A DNA stretch of 64,000 nt from Takakia lepidozioides (lineage: Eukaryota; Plantae; Bryophyta): positions 92,380,001-92,444,000 of the forward strand of contig CM060731.1 of the NCBI GenBank assembly GCA_030704615.1, in the 5' to 3' direction. A program made the position numbers and the translations under genes. Positions 49,387 through 59,600 of the stretch are shown in pieces. Under the pieces are notes generated by a model, which ran no database searches, was not told where the DNA came from, and saw only the letters and a program-made list of their open reading frames with translations. Numbering within the stretch: position 1 is the first letter of the stretch; every line of letters begins with the position of its first letter.

Positions 49387-50642
49387 CGAACTCTAATCTC
49401 AGCTGTCCCTCCTCCTATGCAGTACATGGAAAGTGAGAAGTGGGTCATACCCGGGTTTGGTTGTTATGCATTGCCTGCATCCCTGTGGTCTTACTTTGAA
49501 CGATCAAGCAAAAAAAAGCAGAATAGAGGGCGCACGCAATTTTCTTGCCCTGGAAACTTGACAGAAGATGGCAAGTAAGAGAATCACCTGAGGTCCTTTT
49601 ACCGAAGAACTCCCAGATGCCTTTGATGTGGCAACAACGGCAGCCTTCTTAACCTTCGGCATCGCCTCCTACTCCACGACGTTCTTACCCTTCGGCGTGG
49701 ATTCCTTCGCAAGAGCGTCTGCCTCGTCGGTGTCCATAGCGTCTGTGTCGTCCTCTGACGCAGTCTCGTCCCCAACTTCATCACAAGCTGGCGGCTGGTC
49801 CTCCACCGCCATGTGTTCGGTTTCCAGGGCTGCGCTCTCCTCTGCAATCTCCTTTAGTGTCATGTTGAGCTTTCGGCCTTTCATTCTCTCTCTTGCCTTC
49901 TTCCTCTCTCGCGCTGAAGTAAAAAAGAATGATTGTCTTCTACGCCTTCCACTCTCTCGCGCGAAACTCTGTCTCCTGCTACTCTCCAGCTTGAAAAACT
50001 ACGATCTACTGGAATGAGAGACATCGTGCGATGAGTAGCAGCGGGGCATCGCTCCTGGCGGTTATGCATGTATTCACTGCATACGTGTCCCCCTCCTAAC
50101 GGCACACTCGTCCATTTTGCGGTGTCCGTCGTCTTTCATTATGGAGGTATGGCCATCGCATGGATTTGATTCGGATGGATGACTAATTTCAGTAGATTTT
50201 TTGGATTCTCCCGGATGAACATCTTCCATTCGTTCGACGGTGATTCCTCTTAAACCCTATACTCAATCCATGTCGGGTACCACGTGGCTGAACACATTGG
50301 GGTGGCATGGGATGTCGGTCTCCGCCGTCATTTCACATGTGTTTGTAAAGGCACATAACTGCTTAACAACTGTTTTATGAACTGTTTTGACAACTGTTTC
50401 TGAAAGGCTCTTTAACGGTATGTCAGCTTTAAAAACAGGTCTTGGCTGACCCTTCTAGAACGGTTTGGGACATACATGACGTGTTGTCCTTTGCCGACCT
50501 CGTTAGTAAAGGTGACGGACTTTTGGGTTTCGGTCTGAAATGCAAAGCATGAGAAATGTAATCCCCACTATCGTTTGTAACAAGAATCCACACAGAAGTT
50601 GTGGCTTCCGCACTTCTGCGAGGGAATTTCTCTTGCAGCAAC

Positions 50643-53600
50643 ATGGCTTCCTCCGAAGCGGAGTTTTACTCTGTGGAGAAACCAGTACCTTTCTCGTAGG
50701 AGACCGATGACAATGGTTTTGCAATTGCGGAGGAACATCTCCTAGCAACGCGTTTCGAGTTCCAGTATGGTACTGTGTGGCTGGAAAGAGAGGTTTACGG
50801 TGACGATGGGAAGTTGAAGAAGTATGCTTTCCAGAAACCGGATGAAAACGCACTTATGAGTCAGTGGAGAGTTCCTCCAGGAAGATACAGAGTCCTTGGA
50901 GCTCCTCGCCGACAGTCGATTGGTTCGTATGTGACGCCAAGAACTGCTGCTTCTGATGTTCAAGACAAGAGGAATGTGGTCGTGAAGACGGAGCCCACAA
51001 CTTCCAGACTAATTGTTGAGCTCTCCGACTCCTCGGAGGAGGACGTCCCGAAAATTCCTTTTCTTGCTCCTTCTCCGGTGGTCGTGGTGCCGGGATTGAA
51101 GGACCTATGTAGTGTCATTCCTAAGCTGAAGTCAATGGGAGGAATGCCCAGTTTCAAGAGTGAATTGCGGGGGATTGACTGGGACACTGTCCCTGTTGAG
51201 CGTGTGCAGTACCTTCCAGAATCTTTTGATGGGGATGTCGTCTTCGAGCTGCCTCCACCTGGGCGGGGTGGACCCGTTTCGAGCCTCATGCACGGAATGG
51301 ACGAGAGACACGATGAACACCCATGGTGCAGAACAAAGACATCCAATATTCAAAATGATGACAAGCTCGTGTTCAGAAGAGCGGTGTGCAATGGGCACCT
51401 GAGGTGCGAGAATTTGAGTTGCAGACATTTCCTGCGGTCAGAGGTTCAGAACCAGAGCGAGTGGGAGGGTGTCGCCGAGAATCCTTTCAAGCCCGGTGAA
51501 GCACCTCCAAGCTCCAACACTTTCGTTTGCAAGTTCTGCAAACGAGCGCCTTCTTTTGTGGCAGTGTGTGGAGCAAGAATGTACTATGTGGTGCACCGTT
51601 TTCCAACCTTGACTAGAGCCGGTGTGCATTTCGGGTTCCACAACCATCCAGTGTCGAAGGGGGATTACAGGGAAAGTGTTGAAACAGTATCCAGGTTGAT
51701 AAGAAGAGTATGAGAGCAATCCAACAGCCACCACCTCCACAATTGTTCTTGGAACAAGCAAGACTTTCCTAGAAACCCATATTCTTAGTGAAAGAGATTC
51801 TGTGGGCAGGAAACTCGACGGGTCAGCCTCGGACAATGTTATGGATCACTTCTCTACCTTGAGCTTGCCGAACATTAAAAACCAGGTGAATGCATTGAGG
51901 ATGGGCTCTGCTAACAGAGGGTACGTTGATAACATTTTCGAGTTGAAGCAACGGAGCAGGTATGACTACATTCAAGAGAGTGTGTTCCCACGTCAAGGGT
52001 CGAACAAAGTGTACGTTTTCAAAATGTCCACAGCCGGGGAGGGCAGCGGAGTCAGTCTTGTGAAGCGCATGCAGAAGGGTGGCGATCTTCAGAACTGTTT
52101 CCTTATGTTTGATCACGTCAAACGAGTGAAAGACTGGACTACAAATGGCCTGTCATGTTTACGATCATTTCTACCAGCGAGTCATGACAATTGCAGTGTG
52201 TGACATGCAATCAGAGGATGCGGATTCGCAGCAGCTAATGTGGAGAAGTCTCATTCGCGTTATGGACTCCCAAGGTGTCCCATGTCCAAATTTCGCCGGA
52301 TTTATGGCAAACAGTGCTCAAGCGAACTTCAATGCTATTCGCATTGTGTTTGGATCAGGAGATCCAAAGGTGCCAATGCCATGAAGAGAACGAACATGTC
52401 TTTTCCATTGGACCCAGTCCCTTGAGAAACATACAAAGGTAGACATCAAACCGGAAATGCAGCCTATTCATCTTAGGCTATGCAAACAGTACAAAGATGC
52501 GAAAAGCATGGCAGAGGCGAATACATTGTTCCAGACAATTCGTGCCTGATGGTTCTCATACGGGGCTGCATCAGAAGACAATATGAGAGCGCTAGAAGAC
52601 TGGCTGGCATTTTGGCACATCCGGTACAGACAATGGGGAGCATGCATGACAACGGTGCGTGCATTTGAAAACTTGAAAATTTCATTGACTTTGTATCCAT
52701 TTCCAATCATGTCTGTTGTGGTGGGGGTGTGCTTGTCCTCTTTCTGATATATGTTTTTCCATTTTGCAGCATTTCTCAATTGAGAAGATGGCGGACATGC
52801 TCTCTTGCAATCTGGCGGAGACGGTGCACAATGTATGGTTGCAGCAATCTAGAAATCGGGGCCGGGATTTGTATGTGGCGACGGCAGATGATCTGATTCG
52901 AGCTCTACTGCAACAGACGAGATATCGGGAGTTCATGCGGGGTGGCGGTGGTGGCAAGGGTCCAGACAAGTCCGAGTTGATGTTGCGAGCAGCAAGAAGA
53001 TCAGGGGATCCGAACAAGATTGCCAAGGTTGTCAGCATGTGTGCGGAAGGAACTCCACTGGTGTCCAGAGTTCCCCATCTGGAGGGTGAGGAGAGATTCG
53101 GGTCTTGTAAACGGAAATTGAACACCCCTCTTGGGTCGGTTGCGGACTCCCACAGGCCGGACAGGGACAACTTCTCCATGCCGCGTGTTCCATTTCATCA
53201 GAGGTTCGTTTCCGGCATATCCAGTGCGGACGATCCTTTGTCACAAAGCCAAAGGCAGCCATCTCCCATAGTGAGTGCAATGGGGTAGGAGGCGAACGTG
53301 CTCCCCCCTGTGGTGGAGTCCATGTGCCCCGACAAAGTCTAGCACATAGAACGCACCACTGCTGGGTCTCGAGTAAAGTGCACGGCAATCAGAGCAACCA
53401 ATCGTGAGAAATGCAAGTCTCCATATCCAGAGGCAAGGTCCGCACTCCGGCTCCGACCTTCACTGGTTTGTTCACGCCTTACGGGCAAGCCGAGGCAAAG
53501 AACCACAAATTTTGGTTCTGCCCTGACGATTGTGGTAGGTGCGTGCGTGGGACTGTGCGACCATCGGTTGTCATGAAGCCTCCTCCACCAAGCGTTTGGC

Positions 53601-54193
53601 CTGTGAAGGTGGGGACACATCTCACAACTCACGAGATTGCCATGCTGGAGGAGGTAGGCTTCTCCCTTCAGCGAGCCCCCTCTGTACATGCAGGTGCTTC
53701 TACTTCAGCAAGTTCTGGAGGGCCACCACCGAACGCTGATGCATGGCCAACAAAACAAAATGGGAAGCTGGTTCGTCGTTTCCCTCCGACTGCCGAGCAT
53801 TTCGACAAGGTGGAATCCGCTCACATGCTTCAAGGTCGTGTTACAGGCACTACGGAAGTTCCACATCCCGGGTATGGACGAATCTACACTATGATGACCT
53901 CCACATCCGCTATGCACAACCGGTTGTACGACATCGCAGTTTCAAATTTCCCCAACTGCACCTGTCCAGATTTTGTTGGCATGCTTACAACAAGTTTGGG
54001 AAAGACAGGCAAATTTATACCCTGCAAGCATCTGTATTTTATCTTCTTGAACAGAATGGTATGTGATCCCAAACGCGACATCTTCATTCACCAGGCGACC
54101 ATGAGTTTCAACGAGGTGAAAACACCTATGCAGCGGGATGAAGCTGCAATGTGTTTTGTCATGCCCAAAAAGATTATTTGGTTGCATGTTTGA
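50643..54193 (+). pseudogene. MULE-type DDE transposase with N-terminal GCM/WRKY-like zinc domain and C-terminal SWIM
   Basis: CNGHLRCENLSC...CKFC...CGAR...HFGFHNHP; FDHVKR, FMANSAQA (D to N), TCLFHW, NLAETVH; CTCPDF...CKHL; several stops/frameshifts and an intron at about 52654-52770. Confidence 0.85.
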
Positions 54194-54544
54194 AATCTGG
54201 TAAATTGCAGGCTGGTCCTTCAAGGTGCTTGTAGGAGCACATAGCATCATCTTCACTTTGGTCATCTGCAAATTCCATTACTGGATTTCACAAGAGTTGA
54301 AACTTGAACTTGATGTCACGTCATATATTTGATGCCAATGCAGCCTCCAATTATGTTGTGCAATGTGTGCCCTTTCTTTCTTATGTGTAGTCGTTCGAAA
54401 ATAAATGGGATGGATGCAAATGCTTTCTCAAGTCGTTCCTGCATTTTGATTCTGGTGTTTTGCATGAATGAATGCCATGGCTATAGGCCCCTCGGCTATA
54501 GGTGCTACATGTTTCTGATGACATGGCATTTGGCAAGTTGTCCA

Positions 54545-54747
54545 GATGCCACGTTATTCTGACGACTGCCACGTCAGCCGGATACTGACACGTCAGCAGG
54601 CCCATGCCACGTCAGCCTCATGCTCACGCCACGTCAACGCGACCCCCGCTCACGCCACATCAGTTGGTGTGAGCCTGCGCTCACGCCACATCACCCGCGT
54701 GAGCGTACGCTCTCACGCTCACGCTCACGCGGAAGTCACGCCTTCCC
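54545..54747 (-). repeat. Right subterminal repeats and TIR of the MULE
   Basis: Repeated GCCACGTCA/GCCACATCA and CGCTCA units ending in CGCGGAAGTCACGCCTTCCC. Confidence 0.75.
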
Positions 54748-54765
54748 GGGGGGGGGGGGGGGGGG

Positions 54766-56599
54766 CTCCGATGCGAGGCGTGCCATCTCATCAGTGTTGC
54801 CAATGAGGGGCTTCGGTAGTGTGCCTTCAATCGCGGGATGATCGGAAAGTAATGCATTTTCTAGGATGAAATACCCCACGTCCCCCACATGTAATCATCC
54901 TGTTAGCACACATAATACAACACCCTTATATCTTTCCCTTTATGCAGCCGAGTCTCCCTCATTAGGAAAAAAATGGTCAAAACCGAACGTCGCTAATATT
55001 TTACTCCTTCCAAAGCCACAATTAGATCTTGCATGAGTACTACTCTCTAAACCCTAAACTTTGTGGAATACACTTTACATGCATTGAGAAGATTAAAGAA
55101 AATAATTTCCATGCGGGTGGGAATGGCGCTTATACCTTGCGTGGTACTTTTTCCCCTTGGACATCATCCCGATATCGGTCTCTCTTGCACTTTGGATACT
55201 TGGTGAGACGCGAATCATCTCCGTAGTATAGGGTTTCATCACATGGACATGCATGAAAAATCTTATAGCCCATCCCCATAGAGTCCAAGACTTCGCGCGC
55301 CTCTTTCCGCGACTATCTTGGGTTTCAAGTGTGATCTTTGTTTCGGCCCAATATCATAGATAAGTTTATGTTTCCCCTTTTTGCCCTGGTTTTCAGTCTG
55401 GTTGTGCTCAATTTGTTGGTCTTTGTGATGCCTGTGTGGTATCCTCTTGTAGAATCTGCAAAGACCGTCTTTCCTTCCCTCTATATGTCTAATAAGCATC
55501 TTGGTGGCTGTGGGTTGGTTTTGGCAGGTCAGATGTCTTCGCTGTTTAACTGCCTGATAGTCTTGGCACACTCCAGGTCTATCATTCCCACTCTCATCTC
55601 ACAGCTATCCTTCCTGACATGTATGTCACTCCATCTCTCACTCACTGTATTGTCTTCTTTCTTGCTGTCTTTATCTTTCCAGGTGTCATGCAGGTCTGGG
55701 TTTTTGGTCATTTCCATCTGGTTTGTAAGACCTTCCATGTTAAGAGCCGGTTTTTACTCCCTCTTTGAACCTTGACATCCAACCTGGTTATGTTCAAGTT
55801 GTACATCACTGCAAGATAGGTGTGGGTTTTTTGGGCAGTTTACACTAACTATGCACTCTTCCCTCGTCCTAATTTCAGTGACGGTGCTGGTGTCCATGGG
55901 CTGGTCTTGGCAGGCCTGCAGTCTCTCACTATTCTCTTGACAGATAGATTCATGAACTCATGTGTTTGTGGTTGTGGTGTACATGCAGTGGGCATGGAGT
56001 TACTGCACATTCGTGACCTGGGAACCGTCTTGACAATAATTTATAACAAGGCTGATGTAAGGCTGTTTGTCATGGCTAGTGAGCCAAAGCAGGAAATTTA
56101 ACGATTATGATGGCAACATGTATGTTATGTTCGCCAGCAAGGATATAGTCCGTAGTTCGCATTATGGCAAACATCCCAACATTACTTATGCCAAATCGAA
56201 TTTGAAGATTGAGCAAAAGTAAGGTTGTTGAAAGTCGACTCACTTTCGCCCCTTCGTACAAGGGAGTTCTCACCTCCCTCTCCATGTCATTTGAGGGGGC
56301 CATTTCAGGATCATTGATTGGTCGGGTTTCAGGGGGCAGTAGCCGCAAGTTACGCCGGCTTCGGCCGGAGTCTTCTCTCTCTCTCTCTCTCTCTCTGGCC
56401 GGGTTTCCTCTCCATGGGATGCATCAGCGCCCACATGATGCATTAAGAGATCCTCCATGGCTTGCACATCCTCCTGGTTAATTCCATCCTCATTGTTGTT
56501 GTCACTGTCACTGTCATCGTCATCATCGTTCGGTACCGTGGGGGTGGCATCTCGCCCACGGCTCCCACCTGATGTACTTGGGTTGTTTTCGGATGGCAT
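54766..56599 (-). pseudogene. CACTA/EnSpm transposase, 5' part
   Basis: TPLYEGAKVSRLSTTLLLLNLQ, HACPCDETLYYGDD...PKCKRDRY...KVPRKV, IPRLKAHYRS...MRWHA; about 0.8 kb of non-transposase sequence at 55330-56118. Confidence 0.85.
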
Positions 56600-56619
56600 G
56601 ATGGGCCAATCATAGCTCC

Positions 56620-59600
56620 ATGAAAGCCCACTTTGCTATTTTTCTCCAATTTCCAACGACCCTTGAAAGCACTTGAAATTCCAGATCTCCCACACCGCTA
56701 GTCCTTAAATCATGAGACCAAGCCGGTGCACCCCTCCTCACCGAGGGCTTTCCAACGACACTAAGCACCTGCGATGGGGCCCCACGGTTTGGGAGATCTC
56801 AACGACGCTACAAAACAAAACAAAACAAACATCTCGCTTCATATATTGACTAGGGTAGCCTGTGCCGTTGGCCCAAGTGTCCAATGTCATCTAAGTCCAA
56901 GTGCAATCCTCTCTACATGTATCCAAGTGCGTCTCCTATGTCGAGGCCCAAATGCAACCTAGGATAGCCTGTACCTTTGGCCCATGTATGAAGAATTGAA
57001 AATCTAAGACCAAGTGCAATTTCCTACGTATCCAATGCGTCTTCTATGTTGAGGCGCAAGTGCGATCTCTAACTGGGTAGCTTGTGTCGTTGGCCCAAGT
57101 GTCTAGTGTCATCTAAGCCCAAGTGCAATCTCCTACGTATCCAAGCGTCTCCTATGTCGAGGCCCAAGTGCGACCTCTAGCTGGGTAGCCTGTGTCGTTG
57201 GCCCATGTGTGAAGAATTGAAATCTAAGACCAAGTGTTATTTCCTATGTATCTAGTGCGTCTCCTATGTCGAGGCCCATCTAAGCCCAAGTGCAATCTTC
57301 TATGTATCCATGTGCATCTTCCATGTACAGGCCCAAGTGTCCACTGTTATCTAAGCTCAAGTTCAATCTCCTATGTATCCAACTGTGTCTCCTATGTACC
57401 CAAGGACATCTCCCATGTCCATCTCCCATGTCGAGGCCCATCTGAGCCTAGTGTGCAATCTCCTATGTATCCAAGTACGTCACCCATGTCAAGGCCCGAT
57501 TAGTTTATTTCCGAGTAGTAATATATCCAATCATTATTGATATATCTCCCATCTCTAGGGTAGCCTGTGCCGTTGGCCCAAGTGTCCAGGTCATGTAAGC
57601 CCAAGTGCAATCTCATATGCATTCAAGTGCGTCTCCTATGTCTAGGCCCAAGTATGACCTCTAGGGTAGCTTGTGCCGTTGGCCCAAGTGTCCAATGTCA
57701 TCTAAGTCATCCAAGTCTAATCATTTTTTTCCACGGAATCTACGACCTGATTTGAACCGGAAATCTTTCCCTTGATATCTCTCATGTCGAGGCTCCAATC
57801 ATTGTCCCAGGAATGCCCACTTTGCTATTTTCACGAATTTTCGGCAACCAAAAGTAGCCTGTGCCGTTGGTCCAAGTTTCCCAATCCAAGTGCAATCCGA
57901 CCCTAAAGTTTGGGAGATCTAGGGTAGCCTACATGCCATTGGCCCATATGTGAGGAAAGGAAATCAAGTGCAATCTCCTATGTATCCAAGTGCTTTTCCC
58001 ATGTAGAGGCCCAAGTGTGACCTCCAGTGTCCACTGTCATCTAAGTCCAAGAGCAATCCCCTATTGTGTATCCAAAGACCTATAGTTTGGGAGATCTTCA
58101 TGTCATTGCCTACTTTGCTATTTTTGTAATGTCCCCTGTTGAGGCTTCATCATATATTGATATATCCACTTTGCTATTTTTCGCGAATTTCCAGCGACCA
58201 AAAGCACTTGTAATTCCAAATCTCCCACGTGAAGGGCCAATCTGCTCTAGAAAAGCCCACTTTGCTATTTTTTGTGAGTTTCCAGCGACCCAAAGTACTT
58301 GGAATTCCACATCTCCCACACCACTGGTCCAAAAATCATGAGACCAAGCCGATGCACCCCTCCTCACCGAGGGCTTTCCAACGGCACCAAGCACCAGCGC
58401 TGGGGCCCCGCGGTTTGGGAGATCTCAACGACGCTACAAAACAAAACAAAACAAAACAAAACAAACAAACAAACAAACAAACGTCTCGCTTCAAATATTG
58501 ACTAGGGTAGCATGTGCCGTTGGCCCAGTGTCAAGTGTCATCTAAGCCCAAGTGCAATCTCCTATGTATGCAAGTGCGTCTCCTATGTCGAGGCCCAAGT
58601 GCGACCTCTAGGGTAGCCTCTGCCGTTGGCCCAAGGGTCCAATGTCATCTAAGTCCAAATGCATTTTTTTTCCACAGAGCCTACGACCAGATTTGAACTG
58701 GAGACCTTTCCCTTGATATCTCTCCCATCGAGGCTCCGACCATTGTCCCAGGAATGCCCACTTTGCCATTTTTGCTATTTTTTGTGAATTTCCAGCGACC
58801 AAAAGTACTTGGAATTCCACATCTCCCTCACCGTTCGTCCAAAAATCATGAGACCAAGCCGGTGCACCCCTCCTCCTCGAGGGCTTTCCAACGGCACCAA
58901 GCACCTGCGTTGGGGCCCCGCGGTTGGGGAGATCTCAACGACGCTACAAAACAAAACAAAACAAAACAAACGTCTCGATTCATATATACTAAGGTAGCCT
59001 GTGCCATTGGCCCAATTGTCCAGTGTCATCTAAGCCCAAGTGTAAGATCTTATATGTATCCCAGTGCGTCTCCTGTGTCGAGGCCCAAGTGCGACTTCTA
59101 GGGTAGCTTGTACCTTTGGCCCATGTGTGAAGAATTGAAAGCTAAGATCAAGTGCAATTTCCTATGTATCCCAGTGCATCTCCTAAGTCCTCCTAATTCG
59201 AGGCCCAAGTGCAACTCTAGTGTAGCCTATGCCGTTGGCCCATGTGTGTAGAATTGAATTCTAAAATCAAGTGCAATTTCCTATGTATCCAAGTGCGTCT
59301 CCTATGTCGAGGCCCAAATGCAACCTCTAGGGTAGCCTGTGCCGTTGGCCCAAGTGTCCAATGTCATCTAAGTCATCTAAGTCTAATGACTTAGCCATAT
59401 CTAATCATTTTTTTTTCCACATAGCCTATGACCAGATTTGAACCGGAGACCTCTCCCTTGTTGTCTCTCCCGTCAAGGCTCCAACCATTCTCCAAAGAAT
59501 GCCCACTTTGCTATTTTTCCCGAATTTCCAACGGCCCAATGTCATCTAAGTTTTTCTTTCCACAGAGCCTACGACCAGATTTGAACCGGAGACCTTTCCC

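Larger units (their letters stand above)
37726..49884 (-). pseudogene. Multi-exon cargo gene: acidic N-terminus, ParB/Srx-like domain, linker, beta-class amino-DNA-methyltransferase-like domain
   Basis: Colinear minus-strand exons with GT-AG boundaries (e.g. 48938-48333, 48237-48045, ...-47289, 39429-38875, 38791-38453, 38293-38008, 37925-37726); a few stops and frameshifts; single-gene model is inferred. Confidence 0.65.
35738..54747 (+). mobile_element. Large Mutator-like (MULE) TIR transposon inserted in the CACTA transposase
   Basis: Inverted ends (left G-run-ATGCTTTCGCGTGAGCGTGAGAGCG; right CGCTCTCACGCTCACGCTCACGCGGAAGTCAC), with CCCGGG plus a G-run on both sides; CACTA reading frame rejoins across it (MRWHASHRS|PGKVCGPQDSQAW); exact ends are blurred by the G-runs. 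Confidence 0.85.

Noticed and set aside
37726-49884. Bacterial or phage contamination explaining the ParB/MTase motifs
   Set aside because: Domains are split by GT-AG introns and lie inside a TIR element that interrupts a plant CACTA gene
32808-57520. TACTAC...GTAGTA as degenerate CACTA termini
   Set aside because: Match limited to about 6 bp, no 3-bp TSD (CGA vs ATA), and the right site lies inside the Helitron-like array
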